Assembly (NCBI GenBank): GCA_026770705.1
Contig: JANJGN010000140.1
Coordinates: forward strand, 558,001-622,000
Origin: Isurus oxyrinchus
Taxonomy: Eukaryota
DNA: 64,000 nucleotides
Direction: 5' to 3'
Position numbers and translations under genes: made by a program. Under the pieces are notes generated by a model, which did no database searches, had not been told where the DNA came from, and saw only the letters and a list, made by a program, of their open reading frames with translations. The stretch's first letter is position 1. Each line of letters starts with the position of its first letter. Shown here piece by piece: positions 49,740 to 63,427 of the stretch.

Positions 49740-50990
49740 ATCAGTAGAAGTGGTTTCTTGATAAATTAAGCCAGCATGGATCTGTTAAGGGAAAATCATG
49801 TTTAACTAACTTGACTTTTTTGGTGACGTAGCAGCGATGGTTGATGAGGATAATGCTTCTGACGTGGTTTACATGGTCTCCAAAAGACATTTGATAAAAT
49901 GCCGCACAACAGACCTGTGAGCAATGTTGGAGCTCACTGGAATAAAATGGACGGTAACATCATGGATTGGGAACTGGCTGCGTGCCAGGAAACAAAGAGC
50001 GTTTGTTTTTCGGACTTGGGGAAAGATTATAATGAAGTTCCCCAACGTTCAGTGCTACAACGCCTACTTTTCATAATATTTATTCATAAACTGGCCTTGG
50101 TGTACAGGGCACAATGTCAAAATATATGGACGATGCGAAATGTGGAAGCATTGCGGGCCATGAGGAGTATAGTGTACAACTTCAAAAAGACATCGAGAGG
50201 TTGGGGGAAAGGGCGGACAAGTGACAGATGAAATTTTGGTGGGAAGAACGCAGACAGACAGTATAAAGGAAAGGGTGTGATTCCAAAGGGGCTGCAGGAG
50301 CCGAGTGACCTGGGTGTTAATGTGTATAAATCATTGAAGGTGGCAGGACAAGTTGAAAGAGCGCGATTAATAAATCATGCAACATCCTGAGCTTTATTAA
50401 CAGAGGGAAAGCGTATACAAGCAAAGAGGTTATGTTAAACGTGTGTGGCACACTGGTTAGGCCTCAACTGGAGAATTGCATCAAATTGTGGGCACTACAT
50501 TTTTGCAAGAATTTTAAAGCATGAGCGAGGGCACAGGAAAGATTAATGGAATTTGTTCCAGGGATGACGAACTCCAGTTATGTATAAAGAGTGGAGCAGT
50601 TGACTTTAATCTCGTTTGAGGAGAGAAATTTTAGAGGAGATTTGATAGATGTATTAAAATCATGAAGGGTCTGTGCAGAGTAGATCGGGAGAAATTGTTC
50701 CCATCGGTGGAAGGATTGAGAACCAGACAGTTCAGGTTTAAAATAATCTGGAGAAGAAGCAATAGAAACAAAAGGAAAAACATTTCACGCAGTGAGTGGT
50801 TAGGATCTGGAATGCACTGCCTGACAGTGTGGTGGATTGAGGGACAATTGATGCTTTCAAATCGAAACAGGATCCTTATCTGAAAAGAAAATAGATGCTG
50901 GACTACGGAGAGAGCTGTGGCGCAAGGTCAATTACTCCTTCAAAGGGTTAGCACAGACAGGAGTGGCCGAATGGCATCCTCCTGCGCTGT
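49740..50990 (+). mobile_element. Degraded CR1 LINE
   Basis: EVPQRSVLQRLLF and RGDLIDVLKIMKGLCRVDREKLFP. Confidence 0.8.
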
Positions 50991-51139
50991 AAGAATTCTA
51001 TGATACTATCATTAATGTCAGAAGAAGCAACTAAAATTGACATTTTCATACCATCTGCAATAGTAGGGTCCGTCCAGTAGATGGCTGTGAAACAGTGAAT
51101 ACTGACATTATATGAAACAAACACGATCTCAATCATTTC

Positions 51140-52770
51140 TACACTGAACCCTTTCCCTGTTCATATTCAACGTGACCTTTGTTTTTTTACACTCAGTGAT
51201 GTGTCTGATCATATTACAACAGGTTGTGTCTCAGTTGTTTCTATAATAGCTCAACCTCAGTCAATATACAGGACAAAGTCCATGTTACATTATACATTCT
51301 CTCAGTTATCTTGGCTGACATGACAATAGTCCATATCTCAGTTGTTACTGCACTGGTACTTGTCTCTACTTAGACGAAACCAGAACATGTTCCTGTTTAC
51401 ATGACACGAGGCTCTGTCTTAGTTATTGCACTACTAGACTCTGCCATGTTTATACTAAACTAGGGGATGCCTTGGCTAACGCTGCGCCAGTCTATGTCTC
51501 TGTTTATATCACACGATGCCCTGTCACTGTTATTATTGTATAATACCGTGCCTCTCTCTTATTGCTGCAATTGCCCACATCTCTGCTTATATTAATTCAG
51601 GTCCTATGTTGGTAGTTATTGCACTACGCTCTGTCTCAGCTTATATTAGACAAGGCCCTGTATCAGATGAAACTACAGCAGACCACGTGTCAGTTTCCTT
51701 TCACTAGATCCTGCCTCAGTTATTACTGAACTCGACCCTGTCGGTGTTCATATTACACAAGACACTGTCTGAATTATTATTGTACTCGGCACTGCCTCAC
51801 TTTTTACTCCACTACATCATGCCTCTGTTTATATTACACTAGATCACCTTTTTGCTTATATTTTGTTAGACCCTATTTCAGTTAATATAGCACTCGACCC
51901 TGTGTCAGTTTATGTTACATTAGACTCCTTCTCAGATAATATTACACTGGAGCCCGTCTCGGTTTATATTACACTAGACCACGTCTTTGCTTCCATTACA
52001 ATAGACCCTGTCTCAGTTTATATTACAATAGACCCTGTCTCAGTTTATATTACATGAGACCCTTATTCCGTTTATATTACACTAGGCATTGACTCTGTTT
52101 ATATTAAAATAGGCTCTGTCAATATTATTTCTGTGTAGACCATGTCTCTGTTTATACTACACAAGACCAAGTCTGTTATTACTGCACTAGACCCTGGCTC
52201 AATAATTGCTGATACTAGGCCCAGCCTTCGTTTTATTACTGCAGATGCTGTATCAATAATTGGTGCACTCGGCCCTGTCTCAGTATTACTGTACCAGAGC
52301 CTGATTTTGTTTATATTGAAATGGATTATGTCTATGATAATATTACACCAGTTCCTGCCTCAGTTATTTCAGTGCTCGGCCTCGTCTCAGCTGGCCCTGA
52401 ATTCGGCCATGGCTCTGGTTGTATTACATGTGGAAAAGTCTCAGTTATTACTGCTCTCGGCCCTGTGTCTGTAAAAGCAACGCGAAACCCTGTCTTAGTT
52501 GCTGATGCACTAGTCCATACATCTGCTTTTATTACACTCGCCCTGTCCCTATTTTTATTCCATAAGATCATGTTTTTTGTTTATCTTACATCAGAGACAG
52601 TCTGAGTTAATATTGCACCAGACCCTGTCTAGGATGTTATTAATCCATGAGCCGGATCAATCATTACTGTTCTCGCCCCGAGAGAGGATTAATATCAATT
52701 GACCCAGTGCTTAGTGCGCTAACCCTACCTCAGTTATTTCTATGCTGGGCCACGTCTCTGTGATTACTGC
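51140..52770 (+). repeat. 27-bp satellite
   Basis: Clear tandem ATAGACCCTGTCTCAGTTTATATTACA units near 52001-52055, with degenerate flanks. Confidence 0.85.
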
Positions 52771-53869
52771 AACTGTGAGTTAGAGAGATAATATTATACA
52801 CAAAGATGTTGAGGTGGGTATTGTTCCCTGGTGTTGGCCTAAAACGGGCGGGATTGGATGGGCCGTTCTTTGCAGCACCTGATAGTTATTTTCATTTAGT
52901 TTTCGTCAAAGAAATTATAGATCAGATATGGTCAGTTAAGATTAATGATGACCTTTACCTGGATGTTTCAATATTAAATTTTATTTCATTCAAACTGTCA
53001 CTGCGGATGATTTATTGCTGCAAATATTTATTGATATCATGTTTCGTTGTGTACTTTTGCTTAGAAAGTGATGTCACACTGACACTTTCGTCACTAAGTC
53101 GAGCATGTTTATTGAATGTTTCTTCTCTCTGTCTGAGGCAGCGTCTATCTCATTGAACCTCTTCTCTCTCTCTCTCTCAACCTTTCTTTCTCCCTCTCCA
53201 CCCACCATCTAACTCCAGCCCCCCACCGCCCCGCTCTCTCTCTCTCTCTCTCTCTCTCTGAGACAGTCCCTTATTCATTTTGAATCTCCTGATATCTTAT
53301 AACACTCTTTGGAGGATTTTTTTTCGCAATTTCTCTTCATTTCTCCCAGTGAAAACTTTCAGTCCACTCCTGCCTTCAGTGATTGTGTTCAAATTCAAAA
53401 TTATGCATTTATGTAAATTGTAGATTGTTTAATACTGTAAGTATTTATTGATAACCAGTCTGTTGTGTGCATTTGTTTATATAGTGATGCCAGACTGACG
53501 ATCTCGTTTCTAAGATGCTTTATCTGTCTCCGGTGATCAGTTTGAAAGCAGAGTAAATCACATCCAGAAGAACCAGCAGGTTATTAACAAATGATCACCT
53601 CAATATCTCACAGAAGCGCCTGATAATCTCGAATGTGTGATGATTTGTTCAAGTGATGGCAAAAATCAAACTTTACCTACACCTGACATGAGACTAATAC
53701 ACCTGTAATCCTCCGATTTATTATTCCTGTTGATGGGAAAGCTTGAAACTCCTGCTGCTCTCCAGAGATTTTCATTATTTCTATTTCACTTTTTTAACTG
53801 TTATCTTCACAAATTCTACCACAGCCATTCTAATCATGTTTGAACAGATTGGTTTAACTGCAGGTTATA

Positions 53870-54720
53870 TATTCAATGTAATAACGAAAATAAACCAGGG
53901 TCTAGTCGAGCATAAACAAAGACCGAACTTGATGTAATATAAGCAGAGATATGGGTTACTGCAGTAATAACAGAGACAGTATCTGGTTTAATATGAAAGT
54001 AGATATCGACTAATGAATTACTAACAGAGACAAGACCTGGTGTTATATAACCAAGGATATGGGCCGGTGCAGTAATATCAGACACTGGACCTGGTGTAAC
54101 ATAAGCAGAGATATGGACTACTGCATTAATAACAGAGACAGTATCTGGTTTAATATAAAAAGAGATATCGACTAATGAAGTAATTACAGAGACAAGACCT
54201 GGTGTTCTATAACCAGGGAAAAGGGCCCGTGCAGTAATATCAGAGACATGACCTGGTGTAATATCAACACAGGTAGCGGCTAGTGTATGTAATAACAGGC
54301 ACAATACCTAGTGTAGTACAGACAGAGGCATGTGCTAGAGCGATGATAACACAAATTGGCCCAAGGAGTCACATCAGCAGAGAATTTGGCTAGCTCAGGA
54401 ATAAGAGAGAGGGAGGATTTGGTATAACATTGAATGAACCGATATTTGTGTGAACATAATAACAAAAACACTTTCTATAAAATATCAACTGAAAGAGGTC
54501 ATGGCGAAACACTAGCAGAACAGGGTCAACGTTAACAATATCAGAACCAGGTTAGTATTGAAAGCTGATCTGCACAAGGTTTTCAGAAATAATGAGAGAG
54601 GTTTTCATTAGAATTGAATGACATGTAGGCTCCTCGTGCAACCATTACAGAGACAGGGTTTTATACAATGAGATTGGATATAGGGAACAGATTAAAAACG
54701 GTAAAGCTCTGTGTAATTAG
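53870..54720 (-). repeat. 27-bp satellite in opposite orientation with 162-bp higher-order duplication
   Basis: AAGCAGAGATATGG at 53941 and 54103 (period 162 = 6 x 27). Confidence 0.75.
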
Positions 54721-57700
54721 TGCAATGTTTGATGATAACAGAGGATAGCAGGTTGCAGTGCATCATTGAATACATCACTGGCTCCAGTGTGATAACGAAA
54801 CAGTCAGCACTTGATCCACCGAAATCGAGTTGGGCCTGATATAATAGTGTGTGTGAGACAGCGTCAATTGATACAATAGCAAATCTTATGCCTAATGCCC
54901 AATAACAGAGTCAACCACCACTGCAATATGAATGGGATGGAGTTGGTGCAATAACACTGACACAGTCTAGTGTAATAGCAAATAAAACCTAACATTCTGG
55001 AATTATTCTGCAGGTCAGGCAGAATCTGCGGCGATAAACAGAACGTTTCATGGCGATGACCCTTCAGCAAAACCGGAGTCATCGATTGGAAACTTTAACT
55101 CTACTTCTCTCCACAGCCACTGCACTCCTGATTGTTACAGTTGATCGTCCTCCTGCTTTTGAGCTGTAGGATTTGTGTTCAGATTCCACTCCAGGCTCCG
55201 TTGACCACGGGAAGAGTGTCTGTGTGACAGAACGCCGATTTTTACTTAGCCTCCAAAATCCTCCCGTCTCTCCACACTTTCCCCAAGGCTGCAAAGTATA
55301 TGACGATCCGGAAAACAAACAGGTTCGACACTTGCTGTCTGACCTGTTGAGGATTTCCAGCACATTCGGTTTTTATTTTAGATTTCTAGCATCTTTATGT
55401 TGCCGTTGTACTAATGCAATTGGAACTGGGGATACATCATGTTAGCATTGACGAATTAGCATCACTTTTACCTCTGGGTCAAACGGTTGTGGGTTGAAGA
55501 CTCGATCCAGAAAGCTGACCATTTAATAACGCCCAGTGCTCACGGTGAGAGTTAATGTCAGCCTTTCTGTTCTTTTATCCATTATTTCCTCACACTCAGG
55601 AGGAGGAATTAAAAGCAGAGAAACTTTGGACAGTTTCTTCATCCAGCAAAGGACGTGGTCCTGGGACATTGTTGCTGCTTTGACCTTCCCGCCCTCTCCA
55701 AAAATACAAACAATATTTCCCTCCTTGGATTTGCAAAGGGAATTCTGACTGCCGGGCCCGGGCCAGAGTGGGGCCTGGTCCAATAATAATCAGAGGCCGG
55801 CTCCAGTGTTTCTGTAACAGAGGCTGCTGGTGATCTTACATAAAGAGAGACAGGGGGTCTAATAATCTTCTGACTGTAATAGGATGTGAAAGTGTGAGTA
55901 AGCGATGATGTTTAGGGCCTTAGCGCAGGCTTCTGTGTTATGTTGAGTGACCCAGGGATTTGTGTGGTAAAAACGGAGTGGAAACATCATGCCAGAGGCC
56001 CGGGTGACTGACTCCACCTGACCGAGAGCTGTTACACCCAAGGGGAGGACAGTCATGGCGGACTGCAGAGATTTCTGATATCTGAGGGGTCAATGCTGCA
56101 TCTGTCAGAGGAACAGGAAATAATCTGCTCCTTCTCATTCTTACCGACAGTTCTCCATTTACACAGACATGCAAGGGCCGGACCCGGCAGCTTGTAGAAA
56201 CCAATGTTTAAATCTTCAGCGTGAGGCACATGATGACTGAAAGGATTAAACACCAAAACCTAACCAGAGGAAAAATCAGAGCCGAAAATGTTAAAGATAA
56301 TCGTGCTTTCTACTAAACGAGCTCTATTCAGTTTTATTATTTTGTACAAAGCAGTGGTTTGTAAATAGTAGTGAACTTCTGAATGATTCCTGGCAATTAT
56401 CGACACACACACACTCAAGCGCTGTCAAAAGACAAGATGAGCATAAGACGAAAGCTGTGTAATTATAGCATTTTTGGGGGCTCAATGAGGGACAGAGGTA
56501 GATACAGGAAAGGTTCTGGGACAATGATATAGATAAGCATTTCAATTGACCCCATTCCCTGTAATCCTTCAAATTTTAATCCTTTTAATTATTTATACAA
56601 TTTATTTTACTATTGGTCTGATTCCATCGCCCTTTCAAGCTGTGCATTCCAGTTCAGAACAACTCGCCCTGTTAAAAAAAAATAAGCAATTATCCTCTTG
56701 TCTTCCTGTTCAAAAAAGTAAATTTGCGTCCCCTGGTTACCGACCCTCCTACGAATTGAAATAGTCTCTCTTTATTCACATATCGAAACATTCATGATTT
56801 TGAACGCTTCTATTTAATAGACACACAGAGAGGTGGAGAGAGATACACATAGAGAGAGACAGAAATTAAACTAAGGGAAGGAGACTTAAAATGAAAAAGG
56901 GGGACGGAATTTTGCAGAGAAACAGAGGAAACAAGTTTCGAGGGAAAGTGTATGTGTAGGGAATGTCTGTGCGTGGCGGGTGGGGGAGAGGGGGCTTGGT
57001 CAGGTGTGGAGGGGGAGTTAGAGTGGGGGCGGGTGGTGGAGCATGACCACAAAAAATGAAACGGAGCAAGATCTCATTTCCCAGCTTCAGGGACTCGAGG
57101 GTGCTCAGTGATTGACCATCCAGTTATGTCCTGGAAATGGAAGCTCGAAACGGATCACACAGTCTCATTTGTAAATGTCACCGCAATGTTATCTGTGTGA
57201 CTCTGCCCTGACTCTGTGGCCAGATATATGCCGCCTTGACAGATGTTCTCACCAGACTGTGGCTCCTGGGTTTATTTTCTGCTCAGAAGTGAGATGTGTA
57301 GTTTGGAACCGGCAGCAGAGAAACAGGAAGTTGTGTTACCTGAGAATGAAACAGCAAGCGTCAATTTCATGTTATCACCGTGAACAGTCTTCCTGCCTGT
57401 GAGGGTGAACTCACTCTGACAGCATCAAGAACAACCACACAGATTGGTGCTGGTTTCAGCATAACATTCAATTCCATTCCCAATTTAAAGAATTAAATAA
57501 ACGAGGTTATTTTGGTTATAACATATTAACTGAAGGCGGGATTGACTGAAGGTTATCACTGGGAGAAAAGAGGGAAAATTAAAACAATAATACCACTCAC
57601 AGGGGGTTATTCTAAAATGGGAAGTTTTAAGGGGGTTTGGTGCTGCCTCAGAGAAAGAGAGGAGAGAAGTTAAGTGAGTGAGCTGGTGCCTTTATGGCAT

Positions 57701-58205
57701 TGAATTTTCCTCTGATAAGATTTTGGCGCTTAATCTTTTCAGTGATAATATGCCTTAAGCAAAAAATGTAAACATTGGTTTCTCGAAGCTGCCAGATCCG
57801 GCCCTTGTGAGTCTGTGTAAGTGAGTTAAATGAAGTCTGAGAGAGAGAAGAGAGGTTAACTGATTTAGGTATAGTCTGAGACAGAGGAAGAGAGGGAAGA
57901 AGTTCAGTGAGTCATTTCAAAGATGTATTTACCTTGACAACGGAATGGCCAGCATGACATTACTTCCCAGAGCACTCAAGACAATGCATTATCGATAAAT
58001 ATTAACGATAGCATAGACAGCAAATAGATATATTCTCAATAAACTATTGTAACGTGTTGAAAAATAATTATAATGTCTTTTGCAAGCAATGAAGCATGAT
58101 ATGTTCTAGACGTACCCGCATCCACCACCACACATATAGCGGCACACATTCACACACACAGCCAGACAGCCACACACATGCACAGACACACACTCAGCCA
58201 GGCAG

Positions 58206-58428
58206 NNNNNNNNNNNNNNNNNNNNNNNNNNNNNNNNNNNNNNNNNNNNNNNNNNNNNNNNNNNNNNNNNNNNNNNNNNNNNNNNNNNNNNNNNNNNNNN
58301 NNNNNNNNNNNNNNNNNNNNNNNNNNNNNNNNNNNNNNNNNNNNNNNNNNNNNNNNNNNNNNNNNNNNNNNNNNNNNNNNNNNNNNNNNNNNNNNNNNNN
58401 NNNNNNNNNNNNNNNNNNNNNNNNNNNN
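58206..58428. other. Assembly gap next to a (CA)-rich repeat
   Basis: Run of N. Confidence 0.99.
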
Positions 58429-59039
58429 GTTATTGGGAGCTTGCTGCCGCCCATTTGCCTGAGGATGCGGTTTCAGACCCTGTCTCTCACAATCAGTGGC
58501 CGCACCAAAAGCAAACAGAAATTCCTATTGGAAAAGTGAAAAATATCTGGAAATTAAAGAAAACTGTGAGATATTGCCACTGATCAACTCAAGTATGAGT
58601 TAGTCATCTCCAAAACAATGCAGTGTGTGACTAAGTTCTGCAATGTGCAGTGCAATGTGGTTCACTTTTATTTCTATTCCTCAATCTCATTGATGAAGGG
58701 AGTGTTACAAGATTCACCCCAACCTTTCAACATAAACATTACACACATTGCACCAGAGCAATTAGAAATTGCACACAACGTCTAATAGTTATTAACAAGA
58801 CTAAACGTATGACCAAAACCTTTTTATCTACAGGATATTATAACATTTTAAAAATTAATACCCACCTATCCACCTGGCTCTCTCTCCAACTCTATCCAGT
58901 TAGCAGAGACTTGTTATAATGCAGTAATAACTGAGACTTGGTCTAGTGTATTAATAAATGGGATAGGACATCTATAATGTAAAGTGAGACATAGAAGAGT
59001 ACAGTAATGAATGAAGCAGCCTAACACAGTAATATCACA

Positions 59040-60190
59040 GAATCATACAATCACAGAACTTTAACGGCACAGAAGGAGGCCATTCTTCCCATCTGCCCAA
59101 CTTGTCTGCATCGGCTCTCCAAATGAGCATTCTGACCTTGTGCCATTGCCCTGACTTTTCCCCGCACCCTTGCACTTTGTTTCTATTCAAATAATCATTT
59201 AATGCCCTCTTGAATGCTTCAATTTAATGCCTCCCACACACTTCCAGGCAGTGTATTCCAGGCCGAACCACTCGTTGTGTGAAAAAGTAATTTTTCACGT
59301 CACATTTGCTTCTTTTACAAATCACTTTAAACCTGTGCCCTCTCGTTCTTTATCCTTTTACGAATGGGAACAGTTTCTTCCTCTCTACTCTATCCAGCCC
59401 ACTCATGATTTTGAAAACTTCAATCAAATCTCCTCTCAGCCTTCTCCTCTCCATGGAACACAATCCCAACTTCTCCAGTCTTCCTCATAACTTAAGTTTC
59501 TCATCCCTGGGAACATTCTCCTAAACCTCTTCAGCACTCTCTCCAATATATTCACATCTTTTCTATAATATGGTACAAAGGACGGTACACAATATTCCAG
59601 CTGAGGTCTAACGAGGGCCTTATATAAATTCAGCATAACCTCCCTGCTCTTGTACTCTATGCCCCTATTAATAGAGCGCAGGATACTATATACATTATTA
59701 ACTGCTCTCTCCACCTGTCCTGCCACTTTCAATGATCTATGCATATCTACGCCCAAGTCTTTCTGCTTCTGCACTCCTTTCAAAAGTCCACCCCTTATTT
59801 ATTTTGTCTGTCCATGTTCCTCCTCCCATAATGCATCACCTCACACTTCTCCACATTGAACTTCATCTGCCACCTATCTGCCCACTCTACAACTTGTCTG
59901 TGTCCTCTTGAAGTTTCACACCGTTCTCCTGGCAGTTTGCAACACTTCCAAGCTTCATATCATCCGAAAACTTTCAAATTGTCCTCTGCACACCAAGGTC
60001 TAGATCGTTAATTTTATCTGAAAAAACAAGGGTCCCAATACCAACCCCAGGGGAACTGCACTACAAACCTTCCTCCAGCCCGAAAAACATCCATTGACCA
60101 TTACTCCCTGCTTCCTTTTTACAGCCAATTTTGTATACAACCAAGCTTCTGTCCCTTTTATTCCATGAACAATAACTTTTCTCACGAGTT
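59040..60190 (-). mobile_element. CR1 LINE 3' fragment
   Basis: QKDLGVDMHRSLK..NLYKALVRPQLEYCV and AVPLGLVLGPLFF. Confidence 0.85.
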
Positions 60191-60449
60191 GGTTGTTAGA
60201 TAAATCCTAATAAAATACAAATGGAGACTTTGTGCATTGCAACAGCAGCTCAGAAATTGTCACTTGCAGTATATATAGAGGCACGGCTATGTGCATTAAT
60301 AAATGAAGGATCATATAATGTAACATAAACAGAGACATAGTCTAGTGCAGTAATAACTGATAAAATGGTCAGTTCTAGTGTATATAGGGGCATGGTCCAG
60401 TGCATTAACAAGTTAAACTGCAGATAGCTTTACATACACAGATAAAGTG

Positions 60450-61100
60450 CAGAGAGAAAGATAAAAGGAGAAATGGTAAGTAATTGGGAAAAGTAATAGA
60501 ATGTTATCATTTATTGCGAGGGAAATTGAATACAAATATATGGAAGTTATGCTTCAGCTATACAGAGCACCAGTGAGATCATGTTTGGTGTACTGTGTAC
60601 TGTATTGGTCACCTTATTTAAGGAAGGATGTAAATGTGTTGTAAAAGGTTCAGAGAAGGCTTATTAGACTAATACTTGGAATGGGTGGGTTGTCTAATGA
60701 GGAATGGTTGGACAGGCTAGGCTTATATCTTCTGGAGTTTAGAAGAGTAAGAGGCGATTTTACTGAAATATATAAGATCCTGAGGTGTCTTGACAGGGTG
60801 GATGTGGAGAGGATGTATCCACTTGTGGGAGAATCTAGAACTAGGGGGTCACTGTTTAAAATAAGGGGTCGCCCATTTGAAATGGAGATGAGGCGATTTT
60901 TTTCATTCTCACGGTCGTGAGTCTTTGGGAATCTCTTCCTAAAAAGGCAGTGGAAGCAGAGCCTCTGAATATTTTTAAGACAGAGGTGGATACATTCTTG
61001 GTAAGCAGATTTCATGTTACTGTCAGATCAGCCATGACCTTATTAAATGGCGGGGCAGGCTCGAGGGCCTGAATGGCCTACTCCTGCTCTTTCTTTGCAT
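60450..61100 (+). mobile_element. CR1 LINE 3' fragment
   Basis: EEWLDRLGLYLLEFRRVRGDFTEIYKIL, followed by the GAATGGCCTACTCCTGCT 3' tail. Confidence 0.85.
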
Positions 61101-61119
61101 GCTTGTATGTTCATGTGGT

Positions 61120-61730
61120 CCAGTACAGTCATTACTGAGACAAGGTCAGCAAGTCAAGGACAGTGATAACTGAAGCATGGTTCAGTGTAAAATAATGAAA
61201 CACAAGGTGCAGTGAAATATAAATTAAAACATGGTTGTACTACAGTGCGAACTGGAAAATGGTTAATTGGAGTGTCCACAGAAGCATAGCCTAATATAGT
61301 AATAACTGGTGCAAGACCTAATGATAAAAACAGAAACAGGGTCAGGTACAGTGGTAACTGGGAAAGGACCAGTTGCAATACAAGTAGAGAAATTGATGGC
61401 TGCAGTAATAATCAAGATAGGGCTCATTGTACTATTAACAGTGACGTTCACCTGTACAGCAATAACTAAAGTGTAATCTAACGTTTACAGTTACAAATGA
61501 GGGCGTGAAATAAATTGAACAGGGGATCTATAGGAATTATTAAAACAGGGCCTTGATTAACATAAGCTGAGACAGGGCCTACTGCAGTGATTAGTGATAC
61601 AGAATTTAGATTGATATAAACTGAGACAGGGTCTAGTGAAGTGATTACACATACAGGGCCGAGATTAATATCAACGGAGGAAGGGTCCAATGCAGTAATT
61701 ACTGATATAGGGTCTATCTTGATATAAAAA
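61120..61730 (-). repeat. Degenerate 27-bp satellite block
   Basis: ATAAACTGAGACAGGGTCTAGTG variants. Confidence 0.65.
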
Positions 61731-61829
61731 CAGAAAATGCTGGAAAAACGCCATCCCATTCTCTCATTTTGTTCACCTCCTTCACATCTGTTCTGATGAT
61801 TCCACTTTCCAAAACGATACTTCTGACAT

Positions 61830-63420
61830 AAAAACAAAAACACTGCAGATGCTGGCAATCCAAAACAAAAACAGAATTACATGGAAAAACTCAGCAGATC
61901 TGGCAGCATCGGCAGAGAAGAAAAGAGTTGACATTTCGAGTCCTCATGACCCTTCGATGAACTTGAGTGAGTCCGAGAATGGGGCGAAATATAAGCTGGT
62001 TTAAGGTGTGTGGGGCGGCGGGGTTTGGGTGGGGGGAGAGAGAGAGAAGTGGAGGGGGTTGGTGTTGTTGTAGGGACAAACAAGCAATAATAGAAGCAGA
62101 TCATCAAAAGATGTCACAAACAACAGAACAAAAGAACACATAGGTGTTAAAGTTGGTGATATTATCTAAATGAATGTGCTAATTAAGAATAGATGGTAGG
62201 GCACTCAAGGTATAGCTCTAGTGGGGGTGGGTGGAGCATAAAAGATTTAAAAATATTTAAAAATAATGGAAATAGATTGGAAAAGAAAAATCTATATAAT
62301 TTATTGGATAAAACAAAAGGAAGGGGGAAACAGAAAGGGGTTGGGGATGGAAGAGGGAGCTCAAGACCTAAAGTTGTTGAATTCAATATTCAGTCCGGAA
62401 GGCTGTAAAGTGCCTAGTCAGAAGATGAGGTGTTGTTCCTCCAGTTTGTGTTGGGCTTCACTGGAACAATGCAACAAGCCAAGGACAGACATGTGGGCAA
62501 GAGAGCAGGGAGGCGTGTTAAAATGGCAAGCGACAGGGAGGTTTAGGTCATTCTTGCGGACAGACCGCAGGTGTTCTGCAAAGCGGTCGCCCAGTTTACG
62601 TTTGGTTTCTCCAATGTAGAGGAGACCACATTGGGAGCAACGAATGCAGTAGACTAAGTTGGGGGAAATGCAAGTGAAATGCTGCTTCATTTGAAAGGAG
62701 TGTTTGGGCCCTTGGACAGTGAGGAAAGAGGAATTGAAGGGGCAGGTGTTGCATCTTTTGCATGGGCATGAGGTGGTGCCATAAGAGGGGGTTGAGGAGT
62801 AGGGGGTGATGGAGGAGTGGACCAGGGTGTCCCGAAGGGAACGATCCCTACGGAATGCCGATAGGGGGGGTGAAGGGAAGATGTGTTTGGTGGTGGCATC
62901 ATGCTGGAGTTGGCGGAAATGGCGGAGGATGATCCTTTGAATGCGGAGGCTAGTGGGGTGATAAGTGAGGACAAGGGGGACCCTATCATGTTTCTGGGAG
63001 GGAGGAGAAGGCACGAGAGTGGATGCGCGGGAGATGGGCCGGACACGGTTGAGGGGCCTGTCAATGACCGTGGGTGGAAAACCTCGGTTAAGGAAGAAGG
63101 AGGACATGTCAGAGGAACTGTTTTTGAAGGTAGCATCATCAGAACAGATGTGACGGAGGTGAAGGAACTGAGAGAATGGGATGGAGTCCTTACAGGAAGC
63201 GGGGTGTGAGGAGCTGTAGTTGAGGTAGCTGTGGGAGTCGGTAGGTTTGTAATGGATATTGGTGGACAGTCTATCACCAGAGATTGAGACAGAGAGGTCA
63301 AGGAAGGGAAGGGAAGTGTCAGAGATGGACCACGAGAAAATGATGGAGGGGTGGAGATTGGAAGATAAATTAATAAATTTTTCCAAGTCCCGACGAGAGC
63401 ATGAAGCAGCACTGAAGTAA
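61830..63420 (-). mobile_element. Penelope-like retroelement, 322-aa open RT C-terminus/GIY-YIG fragment
   Basis: SLPFLDLSV, IHYKPTDSHSYL and VYCIRCSQCGLLYIGETKR. Confidence 0.92.
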
Positions 63421-63427
63421 TCTGTTC

